From Neodothiora populina (Eukaryota), in NCBI RefSeq assembly GCF_041146345.1, contig NW_027191411.1:1798001-1862000 (forward strand): DNA of 64,000 nt. The letters are read 5' to 3'. This document shows positions 13,777-27,956 of the stretch, piece after piece. The position numbers and the translations under genes are program-made. Each line of letters opens with the position of its first letter. The first letter of the stretch is position 1. The notes under the pieces were generated by a model. It ran no database searches and had not been told where the DNA came from. It was given only the letters and a program-made list of their open reading frames with translations.

Positions 13777-13862
13777 TGCACCATCCGTGAATCGAACACG
13801 GGGCTGGTCGAACTTGCTGCGACAGCTGGCAACGACCAAGTTTACCACTAACCCAATGGTGC
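13777..13862 (-). tRNA. tRNA-Gly(GCC) with 15-nt intron
   Basis: On the reverse complement: acceptor GCACCAT/ATGGTGC, anticodon stem GGTCG/CGACC around TT-GCC-A, T arm CCGTG-TTCGATT-CACGG, then TTTTT. Confidence 0.93.
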
Positions 13863-14759
13863 TTTCTTATGAGAATTTACAGGCAACATGATAATTGACT
13901 CTTCAATCATTTGTCTTTCGGAACGGCAAAGTTCTGCAGGCCTCGCTTTCGAGATGACGAAACCAAGACCTAAGTGCCTGTGAGGATACTAGTCCGCAGA
14001 CCACAAAATCCGCGACACCCACTGTCCCTTAGTACAGTACTACAATCGCTTAAGCTCTTCAGTAGATTAAAAATTGGAGTAGCCTAAGCGCGGAGTTAAG
14101 AGTTCGGGCGCACATCCCGTTGTAGCGAGAAGGGAACCCATGGAAATTATTGCATAAGTCGAAGTAGGAAGACAAGTTCAGCGACTGGGCGTTCATGCTT
14201 AACCCCGTGGTCACGAGGAGGCAGTTGCAAAACATGTATACTCGCGCAACAAGTATAGTAAGGTATTTCAGCGGTAGTTCGCGGACGCGGAAGAAGATGG
14301 ATATGTGACGGCACTGTCGACAAGGGCTTACTCATAAGGGAAATGGACATAGAGTAGCACTCTCCGATATGTCCATCCGCCGAGCCTTTTGTCTACCTCA
14401 TGTGTCTAAGCCAGGGGCTGCGGCCCGTTGTGCAATGCAGCGAAGTGTTCACAGCCACGACGGAGATTGAGGTGATGTACGTCATTGGGGGGGAGGCCTC
14501 AGCTTCGTGAAGTGCCCGCATCTCAGCGGGCGCAAGCAAATTGATTCAGGAAAGAGCATATCCTACCTTCCAAGTTCCCACTGGAAGACTCACATTGTCC
14601 AAAACAGATCCCGGAAGCCAATAACCTCAAATAGGAATACACAGACTCAACATATATCGATCTTTTAAATACACACCTCGTCTATACACTCAATCCGGCC
14701 ATCCGCTCTGAGTGTACTGCTTTCTTGGCTATTTTCTTGTCAGGCTGACTTGGGACAAA

Positions 14760-16636
14760 ATGGTGCTCGGACATCACAGCCATAGAAGGCACTCAGTCAC
14801 CAGTACGTCCTACGCCGCAGAAGCAGCCTTGTGCAGGAAATTGCAGCCGTCACGCATGAAAAGTGTGTCGAGATTGAAGCGACCATGCTAAAGCGACTTT
14901 CTTGGGCAGGCAACAGCAGTAGAGCCTCCACCGACGTGGAGCGCCCGAGTGATACAAACGCCGACGATGAGACCGTGGTCGATGCCGACCAGGGTAATGG
15001 TATGTCCTTTGACTGCAACATGAGTCTGACAAGACGAGTTGAATCTCGGAGGTGACTGACGATATGGGTGAATAGTCCTTTCACATATCATCAGCCAGCT
15101 GCGGCCTGGCGCAGATCTCAGTCGTGTCACTCTCCCGACTTTCATTCTCGAGCCCCGCTCTATGTTAGAGAGAATCACAAAGTAAGCAAAAAGCATACTC
15201 GATCGAACTGGAAAAGCAGTGGATGCTGTAGAGGATGCAATGCGATGCTTATGATCCGAAACCAGCTTCATGTCACACCCGGACACGCTTCTACCGCTCC
15301 CTCACATCCAAGATCCCTTGGAAAGATTCGTCGCCGTCACCAAATTCTACCTGAGTGGATGGCATATCAGGCCTCCGTAAGTTGTACATTGTTCCTCGTG
15401 ACCATAAGGCTATGGCGGCTCATAGCGTGTTTTAGGGGTGTCAAGAAACCACTAAACCCAATTCTCGGCGAGACCTTCACTGGCTACTGGGACTACCAAG
15501 ATGGCACTCGCGGCTACTACATCTCCGAACAGACATCTCACCATCCACCAAAGTCAAGCTATTTTTTCATGGCTCCTGAGCACCAGATTCGCATCGATGG
15601 CACTCTCAAGCCTCGCAGCAAATTTCTCGGGAACTCTGTGGGTAGTTTTATGGAGGGCATCGCAATAATGCGCTTCCAAAACCACAACGAGAGATATTTC
15701 ATCACCCAGCCAAACATGTACGCCAGGGGCATTCTCTTCGGTAAGATGAAGTATGAGCTCGGCGACCATGCAGTCGTTCGCTGTCCAGAGACTGGTCTGG
15801 AAGCAAACATTGAGTTCAAGGTCAAGGGTTGGATGGGCGGTACATACAACGCAATTGGTGGCAACATCAAAGACAAGTCGGGAAAAGCGCTGTTCGAACT
15901 CAGCGGTTTCTGGACTGGCGAGATGTTCATCAAAGATCTCAAGGTTGGTGATGGCGCCTTGTTTCGGAATTTTCCCAAGCTATGCTGACACACACAATTA
16001 GACCGGCAAGAAGACTCTTCTCTTCGACGCTACACATGCAAAGCCTTCCGTGATTGACTCCCGTCCTCTGTCCGAGCAGTCGGAGCGTGAGTCGCAGAAG
16101 CTGTGGTATAAGGTCACCGAGGCGGTCAAGAAGGCCGATCAGCGTGTGGCTACTGATGAGAAATCACTCATCGAAGACCGTCAAAGAAAGGAAGCAGCAG
16201 AGATGGGAGGTGAAGAGAATTGGTCGCCTAAATTGTTCCGCAAGTCTGGTACTGGTACAGGTGGTATTGGAGACGGCGATGAGGAGAACTTAGACTGGGT
16301 CATCAATGCCGACATGTAAGACACTGCCTCTCCACTTCTTTCCGAAAGGTTGTATACTGATTTACAAACAGCAACGGCAATACGCCAGAAGAGCTTGCGA
16401 GGCAAATCATGGCCATCGCCCCCATCGTACCTGGACAGACTGCTACCGCATCCGTGCCAGCACAGGCTAGCAAGGAAGGCGCTCAAGCGGCTGCCCCAGC
16501 CCCGGCCTCGGCCACGCCAGCATATGGTGCACTCGACGATATGAGCAGCATGAAGGCGTCACTCCAGTCTCCACCAGTCCTTAGACAGGACTCCGTTGAG
16601 GGTGTTGATGAGGAATTTGTCGATGCTGTGTCATAA
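14760..16636 (+). CDS. Oxysterol-binding protein (short ORD-only, Osh6/Osh7-like)
   Basis: Spliced [36 protein letters not shown] and the EQTSHHPP signature. Multiple introns. Confidence 0.92.
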
Positions 16637-17380
16637 GTTTTTAAGCCAATATAGCTGCCTTGATTGCTGTAGAGTTTGAACAGTACGTAAGGCAGACGTA
16701 AGTGGGCAATGAAGCAGGCTTCCGCTCGAAGCTAAGGACATAAAAAAACATACCTGCTCAAGCACAGGGGGAATAAGAGATCAGCGACTTTCTTGCATAT
16801 TTGCCACATAATTATCTTCCAGTTTCTTGTTTTTTGGTCATCCTCTCCTTTCTTTTGGTACTTGCGGCGGATATCTGTTGGTGGGAGGTATAGTGATCAG
16901 TGAAGCACACAGTCTTGACTGTTCGAGTCCAAGGGTCGTGGTAGGTGGGCAGGCGAAAAATGGATGGAATAAGAGTCGGTGCACTACCTAGCTAGAGTAA
17001 GATATCCACGAAAGGCCATATTCCATAATTCTTCTGCTCTTCCACGTGGTTACTCATGGCGGTGCCAGGTATATTACTCCCCATTTTCTCCAAGTCATCT
17101 TCGAAATTAATCTCAGCTGCGTCATGGCTTTCTTTCAACCACATGATAGCTTGTCAGCTTACGAAATCGGGAGGAACGGGTTTCATAGTGTGACCGTTAA
17201 TTCATATTTGGTATCTGCGGAATCTCAAAGCTACAAGGTATCTCCCAGAGCACGCTTCGGTAATGCAGAATAATGCAAAATAACAAAAATCATCAGGCAT
17301 CCATCCATCCCATCCATCTCAAAAGCACGACTTCCTGCTGAATGCAAGAAGTCACTTCAGTCTTCACTCATGCTCGACGC

Positions 17381-18925
17381 TCATCGCCCAAGAGTAGTCA
17401 TCCTCCTCCAAAGCTCGCCTCTGAACGCAGCGGCCCACTGCTTTGTCCTGCCGATCGCGCCCTGGTTTTCAACTGCTCTACGCAAAAGGTACTGCATGCA
17501 CTCCTGCACTGTTCCCCAGGACGAGTACTTGAAAGCGTTGGGCTTGAGAGCATTGCGTAGAGATTCCTGCATGGCGACCTTGCGCTCCGTAGAGCAAGTG
17601 GGGTCGTCGCGGCACATCTGAAGGAGCTCGCAGCTGATGTCGTCGGCCATTCCTTGTAGTTGACCGTAGCCGAGGTGAGTGAGGGGTTGGGAAGCAAGGA
17701 CTCGTCGATGCTGGGTTTGGCATGCTTTCTTGACGGAATCTTCGTTGTGGGTGGCGAGGAAGAGTTCGACGGGAGGGAAGGGAGCGCCGGTCTCTGCGGA
17801 GTCAAAGCTTGGAAATCTTTGCGCGAGGAGAGCGTCGGTGCAGGCGTCAAATGCGGCGTCTGTGTCTTCCTTCGTGTCGTGGATCAAGTGTCTGGGCTCG
17901 GAGGCGATGTAGGCGCCTCTGACTAGCTTGAGGCCTAGTCCCCAGCCTTCCTTGGAGGCCAGCTTCAGGTGTTCAAGGATGACAGTGGGAGTGTGCTTGA
18001 GGTAGGTTTGGTACGTGTTGTAGATGGGTACCTTGCCGTCAGTACGGCTGTTGTAGGTACGCATGAGCTCTACCGTCCACGCGTCGATAGTGGCTTGGTA
18101 CTTCTGGTTTTCAGCATCGATCCAAAGACGCGTATCGCGAGCTGCGGCGGCATCGCAGATCTCCTTCATTGCTGCAGCCATTTGTTCGGGCATCGGGGCG
18201 CCTGACTTGAGGGCCTCAATCACTGCTGGGCCTGCACCAGTGAATCTGTCGAGCATTGCGTTAGTGATCAGATCGAGCTCCACGTGAGAAAATACTACTT
18301 ACTTGATGGCAAGGAAGTCAGAGTCGCTGATCATTTCCAGCGTTCTCATATTTCCTACTCTCCAGTCCTCGATGATTGGATCAATCGTAGACGACCCATT
18401 CGCAGCCTCTGCCAATAAGCTCGGCTCAACCTCCTTCGCATAACCTAAGATCACACCCTTGTACCCCAGTGCTCGCATTTGAGATACTGCCTGCTCTACT
18501 TCCTTTCCATTCTCCCCCGCACAGAAGTGATCATAGAGGAACTTCCGCATCAGAGTGTGCAATAGCGGGTTGCGATCAGGGTTCAACATAAATGATTTGG
18601 AAGATGACATGATCTTCATAAGTGGCATGCACGCGCTTAGTAGACGTGGTGATGCGAGAATCTGCGTGATCATCAAAGATCGGAGAAGAATTGGTGCTGG
18701 CATGATTGATAGCGGTGGTAGGTGTCCAGACGGTACAGTAACTTGGGATTGGTCGTTGGCAAGTAGTTCGCTCGCACTGTCAGATGAGAGACTCCGGCGG
18801 GTGATTTTGTTTCTTCGCTGCTGTGTACTTTTCCTTTGGCTAGAGTGAACCAGAGGTGTGCGAGGGCTAAGGCATGATGACGAGGAGATTATGCGCTTCT
18901 TCGTTCCGCACCTGATAACTTCCAT
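17381..18925 (-). CDS. PUT1: Proline dehydrogenase (proline oxidase), probably mitochondrial
   Basis: YDHFCAGE, LWIDAE, YNTYQTYLK, KLVRGAY, LATHN, GQLQGMAD and YLLRRAVEN. Arg/Ser-rich N-terminus. One intron near 18249-18301. Confidence 0.95.
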
Positions 18926-19182
18926 TGTGCTGGTCGTTACTTCTCTGAGATTTGTGTAATTCTTATAGGATTGGTGTAGGATGTTTCTGAGATGGTGCCG
19001 AATGACAGTGATGGAATTGAAGAGAGAGGAGATCGGAGTGTCTACAATGCACTTGCCTTGTTTCTAAATACTGTATGGTATGCTAGTTAGAAGGCATGGT
19101 CATGACCAGGTTGGTGGGGTTGAGCCGACGCAAACCGGGTCGATAAGAAGAGTGTGGAGTTGGCTGCGGCTTTCGAATGGGA

Positions 19183-19198
19183 CGGAAAGTACTTCCCG
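19183..19198. promoter_or_regulatory. Put3-type Zn2Cys6 binding site CGG-N10-CCG
   Basis: CGG-AAAGTACTTC-CCG, about 260 bp upstream of the PUT1 ATG. Confidence 0.65.
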
Positions 19199-20081
19199 CT
19201 ACCAATCCCGTCCATAATCCCGTTTTACCTGTATTTCACGACATCCGATCTCGCTATCTGTTCGACGGAAGTGCAGGGACGGAAGCTCGACCCGTCTAAG
19301 ATCCCTCACTGAGATGAAGACGCCGACAAACCCACAACAGTCATAATTAGTCGAAGCAGATACGTACAGTATATCAGCGATATCGTATTTTAATGAGGCA
19401 TTTGGTGGTTGATGGGTTGACAAATGCTTTGTTGTCGGGCGGTCATGTGGTGAGATGAGCAACAAACGTCGCGGCAAGCGGTCCCGCGCAGGAGGCTACG
19501 GTAAGTGATTCTGTTCCGAGGGCCATTCCAAGCATAAGTGAGCGAGGTGCCCATGTATGGATCGGTCACAGAGTTAAAGCAGCTTTAACGGTGCGATGTC
19601 GAGCATGTGTCCGATTCGCAAGTCGAAGACGACGGTAGCGGTTTACAGACCCAGATTCTGATAAGCATATCACGACCGTGGCAATACAGCTGCTTACATC
19701 GACCACTCGTGCAACGGCGGAAAGTCCCACGTTCCTTGTAGAATACGTCCATATTCTCATACTTGCCTAAGATCTCAGGATCGATCTTCCAATTGATGCG
19801 TATATGGTAGTGGTCGGATATGCTGTAAGGCACGAGCTACCTTACCTTAAGGTAGACGTGCAGAGAATTGTTTAAAAGCCATGAAAGGTCTGTGCGTGAC
19901 AGCCACCACTTCAACATACTGTACCTCCCTCGCTTGGTAGTGAAGGCGACATGCGATAATCTTGGTAGCGATACATGCCTTTACTTGACAATAATTGATT
20001 AAGATCTTCACTGCATGTCCAGTCTAACACCACTAGAATCATGTAAAGTGCCTAGCCGAGTTGCTACTCGACGGAAAAAGT

Positions 20082-22619
20082 ATGAATTCGGCACCCAGCG
20101 CCGCAGCATCGCAGTCGTCATCCCGTATTGGAAAAAGGAAGGCTCCCAACGCGTATGCAAAGCCACAACCTGTCAATGGGAGCATGGAGCTCGGCTCATT
20201 AGTGTCTTCGTAGATGCGTGCGATGTCGAACGCGTAAGATCAAGTGCACAGGACGGCATCCGTGCGAAAAATGTGTAGCCAGGGATGTTCCTTGCATTTT
20301 CGAGGAGAAAGAGAAAAGAGTTGTAGTCACGCAAGGGTAAGACATCCACCTTGTGGGCCAGATGAAAACTATTACTGAATACAGCCAGCTTCATTGATAG
20401 TCTCCGAAGTAATGTTGGGGGCTCGGGATCTGGAGCTCCAGATGCATCTGCGGTGCCATACACATCACCAGCACCCGATGACGCCTCCCCATCCTTTTCA
20501 TCTTCACTAAGAAGTCCTGTACAATCGATCTCGTACAACGCGGTAAGGGGCAGCCTTATGACACATTCGCCTGCGCGCAGCTCGTTACATTCGGGTCTGG
20601 AGCGACAGGGTCAACCTCCTGCACGTACTACTACTGAAGGCGGAGACGCGGTACGTCTCTCAATATCCTCGGAGGATCTCCTTATTGATATATACCGATT
20701 CTAGGATCACGGTCTCACAAATACCCTCGTCGACTCAATCCCACAAGTACGAGTCCGTGGCAATGGGCAACATAGTAAGATGTGTATCTCACGAACTCGA
20801 TCACATTCTGACGCAGTCAGGGTATCTAGGTCATAGTTCTACGTTGTCATTTAGCCGACGAGTAAGAAACATGATTCAGTCGTCGGATAAGATTGTCGGA
20901 CCGCGTGATGCCACATTGGTCAGAGATGACATGACCTACTCGATCAAATGGCCTGCTTTGAATCTCCGGCTTGACGATATTGACTTACCACCTCTTGACT
21001 TTGCTGAGTACCTGACAAGTACCGTGACTTTCTATGCTGGACCATTGTATGATCTCTACGACAAGGCTGCCTTCTTGAGGCGACTCAGAGCCTATTATGG
21101 GAGCGTTGCTTCGAAACAGCCCGAAGAACCTGGGCTGTGGCATATCCAAATGCTACTGGTTTTTGCCCTTGGCCGAGCTATCCTCGCTCGTGAACATTTC
21201 AAGTGCGGCCCAGCAGGTACAACATACTTTCTCCGCGCTCTTGATGCATTACCAGACACCCATAGGCTATACGAGGACCCGGTGCTCTCGATTGAGATAC
21301 TATGTCTGCTCACTTTGTTTATGCAAGCAATTGACGCTGGACAAGAAGCTTACGGCTACGTAAGTCCGAAGTATTCAGCATCAAAGCTTGAGCAGGACTA
21401 CGACTGACCAAGGACTTAGATTGGTCAAGCTTTGCGTATAGCGATCGCACACGGCTTGAACAGAGGTTCAGAAGCAGAATCTGTTGGCGTTATTGCATCA
21501 CAACATCGGTATAAGCTCTGGTGGACTGTCTACATCATCGACAGAAGAGCTTGTGCTTTGATGGGCTCGCCGTCCGGCATCCACGACGAAGACGTTTTTC
21601 TTCCCGAGCCATTGCTAGATGGGGTAAGCGAAAGCGATTTTGCCCTCGCTATGCATGTCAAAATATCCTCACTCCTTGGTGGTATACTAGATAGTAAGTA
21701 CTGATAGCAAGCTTCAAGTGTCATAGCATTAGCTCATCCTGTGTTATAGTAATCTATGGTACGAAGAATCAAGGTCGTGGCAAATTCATACAGGGTGTTC
21801 AGGTGATCCTTGCGAATTTAGCGGAGACTTCGCAGATGTTGGCTGAAAGATTGCCAATAGAAACACAACGTCCTGTCGATACTCTCTCCAGGGTGGCTGC
21901 GACACTACATTTACTCTCACATCAGTGTATCATCTTAGCTGTCCGACCGGTCTTGTATTCCCTTCTTAGTCTGAAGCTTAACTCAAGCCGGCCACTGCAG
22001 CTTCCAGATACCATCAACGCTTTACTTCGCATGTGCGTAGAGTCTGCTTTCAACGTCTTGAAGATCATCTTTGCGCTGAAGTCGCAGAATCTATCAGGTG
22101 CGAGGCTTTTCCTTCCGCCTCGCTCGGACTATTTGCTGATATATCCCAGACATGTTCTTACCATACGATCTTGACGCCATCTTCTCGGCTGCATTTGTCC
22201 TAATCCTGGTCGATATCATAACTCCAGCAACAGACCTCTTGTGGGATCTTCAGCGGGTTTTCAGCTACTTGGACGAGTTCATCACAAGGGAAATCGTCTC
22301 AGCGGACTCATTGAAGGCTGATCTGCAGGAGTTGCTCGACCTCCATGCCAAGCTTCAGGAGAGGGAGGCACAGCGCGGAGAACAGACTGACGATGTGCCC
22401 CGAGTCAACGACTCCATCGCTCAAGAACAGCCACAAGATCAAGATCAAGGAGAGCAGGACATGATTTGGTCATGGATGATGAACGATGACGGTGATTTGA
22501 GAGGTATCCATCCGGATACAATCCAGTCCGTTATCGATGGACTTAACGTTGAATCTATGGATCTTCCAGATTTTGACGTGCAGTACAATTACAATATATG
22601 GGGCGCCCACTCCACTTGA
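20082..22619 (+). CDS. Zn2Cys6 fungal transcription factor, probable proline-utilisation activator (Put3/PrnA-like)
   Basis: Spliced ACVRCRTRKIKCTGRHPCEKCVARDVPC zinc cluster and a fungal-specific TF middle region (RIAIAHGLNR, KLWWTVYIIDR). Divergent from PUT1. Several introns. Confidence 0.85.
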
Positions 22620-25071
22620 GTGCATGCGAAACAAATTTAGGCTAAGATCTTTGTCAAGATACCCCCATATCAGGCATGATAATGATCAGCAGACTCTCTT
22701 CCCAATGCAGTACACATGAAATCTCAGTGGATCAATCATATGGCTTTCCGCTGCATCCTTATTGTAGCCATAGTGCGATCTACAGCGCGGTGATGCGAAG
22801 CCAAGAGAGGGAACTACTACGGAAACTACTACTGGGAATTTAGCCTGATTGTCCGGAGTTCCGGTACGCTTGCATCGTAGAGGCTTCAGACAGGAGCATG
22901 CGATTATGCCAACTGGTGACTCTGTCGTGTCACCCTGTGACAAGTGCCAGGCTCTGCAGAAGGCTTGTTATCACAGATGAGGCAACGACTCTAGCATTAT
23001 TGTGATCCCGGCAGCTTGTCAACATATACTACGTCTGACTTGCCAGTTGAGACTCAATCGGTTGCTTCACCTCCTCGTCTCAAACGAGCTCAAACAAATT
23101 AGTAATTAGAGGAGGCTGAAAGCCTACATTTCCAAAGCGATGAGCACACCGAAGAGGTGCGATAAGCATGTACGTCACAACCGCGCTCGTACGTCGTTCT
23201 TCGCAAACAGAAGCGCGGATATCGCCTAGGCCGTAACATGGAATATCACAGCTCATGAATATGGCCACCTAGATTGATTGATCTGTGTTTTGCACATGTA
23301 TCTTCCATCAATTTGTAAGGTAGTCATTCGTCACACCCTGCTCGGACCGACTCAGACCCCGCTTCTCCAGATCATGGCACAGCTTTTGATTAAAACTGCT
23401 TGTACTTGATGGGTCGTTGTCATCTTCTCCTTAGTGGGTCGCTCCGGAGCAGTGGGATAGATGTTCCCGGGCCTCAGCGTCAGCAGTAGATGATGAGGTT
23501 TTCTTCACGCTGGCATCATCGGAAAGCAAGCATATCAGAGTAAATAGCAAGACTCGTCTTTCACACCGCCATGACTTCATTGCCCAGAGCGTCATGACCT
23601 GCGAGGTCGACTTTGGGTTCTTGCTAGTATCGTAGTTTAAAGCGAGACCTCGCAGCGAGAGATGGGATGGTCGTTGTCGGTGACCACTCCGAGTCTCACA
23701 GCGTCGCCACCATATACGGATACAAACGAGTGCGCTGATCACAACTCCTCGCGTTGGTCTACCGATCCTCTGGAAACGACAGCGTCTTGTGCGAGATATG
23801 ACGACGCTATGCTCGAGCTTATGAATATCTCCGCAAAGCCACGGCTTGGGCATCCGGCATATTCGAACTCGCTTAGCTTTCAGTACTTGGCTTGGTAGCT
23901 AATCCTGCAGATGACTTTAGTGATTGTGTTTGTGTAGACATATCTCGATGTTTTCATGTCGAGTGTCTTTCAGACGTAGGGTATGTATGAGACGGTGCCA
24001 TACGAGATGCATCCCATATTGGCCCGCAGCGGTCCGCTACAGCCAGAATTAGATTTCAATTCAGGCTCCACGCAGGCAGACGCGATACGCATCCTTCCAA
24101 GGCCGGATCCATTGCCATCACTGTTGCTGTGCGTAGGTTTGAAGTGTTCCGAACCAAGCGGAGTGCTGAGTGTCCCAAGCGGCAAGTGGTTGAGTGCGAC
24201 GCAGCAGGCGTGATAATCGTTGGCAATTCTGGTCCCATGACTTTGGTACGATTTAACTAGCTCTCGTCACATAAAACGACAAGTGTTGTGGACCAGAGAG
24301 AGCGGGTAAGCTCTGTTGATTGGTCTCGGCCACGTTATCCCTCGATTTCAGTATCCGATATTTGGGCATTTTGGATTCCTACTATCTCACAGCGAGGGGA
24401 AAAGCGACAGATAAGTACAGCCACAAACGCTGTCGCTATGGTATGACAAGCGCCAAACTTCTCGAATGTAGTATAGACCCAGGTCTGTGCCCTTGACAAA
24501 CTATCGATCGGTGTAGACCATCTACGATCGCATGCATGGAATTGGTAGAGGATAACATGGAAGGCCCCTAAAAGGGCTTAGGATGGTGAGTTTTAGTCGG
24601 TGGTGGGGGATTGACAACAGATCTCGATCTTGGTCATGCTCCCTTGCTTAACGCCTGAGCCCGAGATCCCCTCCGCATCAGTCGTAGGCGTGCATCGCCC
24701 ATCAGCTGTAATCATGAAAGCAGTCTACTCTATATTGAACACTGGCGGCTTTAATTTCTTAGCTCTCACGGCGTTAACCATATCCGCCTTGATCCGTTCC
24801 GCTATTAGCGGACGCTGTCGAGGCATCTCTTGGGTTCCACGAGAGGCCAAGCTACACCGATTGTCGCACTTGAAAGGGTATAACAACATTTGAAGGCCCA
24901 TACTGATCGACATGAGTAGCGGCACATATTTTGCCTCATGCATACCCGTGCTACCGAATCGCTGAAGAAAGGAAGAAAGAAGCGGGTGCGATATCTTCTG
25001 GACATCGCCGCTCGGTACACGATTCAAGCACCTAACGACTTGTGGACCCTGTACTTGTAGTACACTACGAT

Positions 25072-26801
25072 ATGAATAAGGATGGGTACGCCCGACAGCG
25101 ATCTCGCCGGGCGTGTCAGCCGTGCCATCAGCGGAAGAGGAAATGTGATGGTGAGGAGCCATGCGCGACGTGCGTAGGATATGGCTATGAATGTCGATAT
25201 CTCGTCCACGATGCGAAGGCTTCACCACGGATGCAAATACCGACGATGTACTATGAACCACCGAATGACGAACAGTTGCCTACCGTCATCTGACACTATG
25301 GTGAAGAACAGGAAATAAAAAACCAAAATTACTCAATTTCGAAACGCCCAAAGAAGAAGTTGAGTTTCGTGGAGTGCCCTCGTCCAAATTGGCTGAAGAA
25401 GGCGTACATGAACCAGCCAAGTCGCGGTTCGTGAGTGCCAGCTCCGCCATTGTCTTTCCTAAGAACCTGGCGAGAGATCTAGGTGCAAAGGACATGCTGA
25501 AGATGCATTCCTATGCCTGGAATGCGGGCACCAGACCAGAACAGACGGTACCGCTTGGTGTCGGCGCAGCCAGCATACTTGCCTGGAGCGAACTTCAGAG
25601 TCTTACCGCCATCTACTTCGAGGTCGTCCATTCAGTATTTGGATTTATCGATCGAGATCTGTTCAAGCAGCGATGCATCTTACATTGGAACGGACACGCC
25701 CAGTCTACTGGATTTGATGCTGTCGTAAGTGGCGTCTGCGCGCTGGCTTCCCTCTTCGCGGGGCCAAACTGCTCAAGAGCAGAAATACAACTGGTGCAGC
25801 ACGCCAAGAACATCTTGGACAATGTCAGCTCGATGCACGCTGCATCGTACGACCACGTTTCCGCCTGGATCCTCCGGTCACTGTACCTGCGTTCGACGAC
25901 ACGGCCGCACTCATCATGGGTGTCCAGCTGCACAACGATGCATATAGCTGAAGCGGTGGGTCTTCACCGAGAGCTGGACACACTACTGATGGCTTCGCGC
26001 AGCAGTACCATTTCCTCGATCAGCCCCAAGGAAAAAGACACGCGACGAAGGACGTTCTGGGTCGCGTGGTCCTTGAACCGCTTGTTTTCGTGCGAGTACG
26101 GCCGAACGGCAGTCGTCATCAACGACATCAGCTGCACGGAGCCGGCTTGGGTCGCCAATGACTATACGCATCGCTTGATCATGCTAGCCAAAGTGGCGTC
26201 GGGTCTGACCTCACCGGAGATGCTGGGTCTACAGACTGCATTGACCGGACTCGGGATGCATACTCAACAGCCGCCGGTGCTTTCTTTGCTAGAGGCAAAC
26301 GTGGGGTTTTGCGTCTTTCGACGACTTCGCCTGCAGGACAACGGACCGACCAAAGACCAGATCGGAGAGACGACGTCGCTGGCCATTACAGCGCTGAAAG
26401 CGGCACGCTCGCTCGCCGAGCAAAACCATGTCTGGTGGGACGTGCTCGGCGTGCCTTTCCACTTCATCTGCATATTACTGGCAATCAACACCCCCGACAG
26501 TCTTTTGCTGCTAGCAGAGGCGATGCAGACGCTCGAGGACATCTCCGAGAAACTGCAAACGCACATGAGCAACGAAGCGGTGCGTACGGCACAATTGCTT
26601 GTGGACGCTTCGTTCCAGCGCAAGATGACGGAGCTCAATCTGCTCAGTGTGCAACGCAGGCAGGCGCCTGCTACACCGTTGGATGCGGATGCGCAGGCGA
26701 CGATTGACAGCATGCAGCAGGAGATGCCGCTGTCTGAGTGGCTTTATGACGGAGACGCGGATATCGATCTGTTTCTTGACAGTATTGCTGGGTACTTTTA
26801 G
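25072..26801 (+). CDS. Zn2Cys6 transcription factor, RDR1-like
   Basis: ACQPCHQRKRKCDGEEPCATCVGYGYEC, HSYAWNAG, WILRSLYLRSTTRPH, HIAEAVGLH and WWDVLGVPF. An intron at 25248-25306 joins the two ORFs in frame. Confidence 0.87.
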
Positions 26802-27864
26802 GGAGAAGGAGTCGAATGGGACATCTTGACTTTTTTATGTATGACGAAACCTTTTGGAACAGTCATGAAAATGACCCAAGGATGGTTTTGGGTCTTTTCT
26901 TTTTGACAATACCCGGTAAGTAATGACGAAGTACGGCAGCGTTTCTGGTTTAGACCGTTTGTACGGTCATGCAGGGAGTTTGGGTTTTTTATATCTGTGA
27001 ATAGAATGTCGAGGGCTCGGATAAGGATAAGCAGCATGATGATATTATCGGCTACGAGACCAAGAAGAAGAAAACAATTCATGGCTTTTCAATGTATCTA
27101 TCTATGTATGTATTCGCTATATCTAAGGTATGTCACGAAGAGAAAGAAAAGGACTATATCGTACATACAATTCCAGCATATCACACACAAGTAAATCGCC
27201 ACCACTATCATCATCAGCAGCCAGAAAGTGTATCCCCGTCTTGGGGCATGTACAACAACGCAGACCCGCCTCACTACCAGTCCTCTCTTCACCCTGCCCT
27301 ACCATATCTATCTTACCTAGCCCTCACCCGCCATGTGATTTACGAGGCGGAGAGCGACGCAAGACACGGCAACTGCAGTGCAGCAAAGTGAACAACACAG
27401 CCAGACCAAAGAGTCAGCGCGCGTCAGCACACGTCACACCATATCTACCATACCATATCAGATCATACCCCATAACAAGCATAAGACAGACAGAGGCCAC
27501 ACCTCAAGCAGATCTTGCATACTATACTAGTCGAATACATCGTCTTGCATCCCTTGCTTGCTCGCCATGTCTATCCTGTTCTCAGAGTCCATTACCCGTT
27601 TCAGCCGTGAGTATTGCACAAGGTAATTATGTTCCTGCGCATGCATGGACTTCACAGGCAGGGAGGGCGAGTAAGTGGAGTCCTACGCGGACGGCGCCAC
27701 TGCGTGGAGCTTCCCTTCCCTTTGTACCCTCGCTTCTCATATCCACCTGTGTAATATGATACACAAAGCAACCGCAACATCCCTCCTAGTGAACGCCCAT
27801 GATCGGCCAATCAAAAAGAACAAAAAGAGGGTGATGAATAGGTAGGGGGAAAAGCAAAACGATA

Positions 27865-27956
27865 TTCCGATGCGGGGAATTGAACCCCGGCCTTGCCGGA
27901 TCTTGTTGCTGTTGGGCATTGAGAGCGGCAAATCCTAGCCACTAGACCACATCGGA
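27865..27956 (-). tRNA. tRNA-Glu(CTC) with 20-nt intron
   Basis: Reverse complement TCCGATG...CT-CTC-A[intron]...GGTTCAATTCCCCGCATCGGAA forms a full cloverleaf. Confidence 0.94.

Noticed and set aside
23431..24238. Short - strand ORFs, one with RMRIASACVE resembling the start of a zinc cluster
   Set aside because: Cys spacing does not fit Zn2Cys6 and no coherent splice model emerged.
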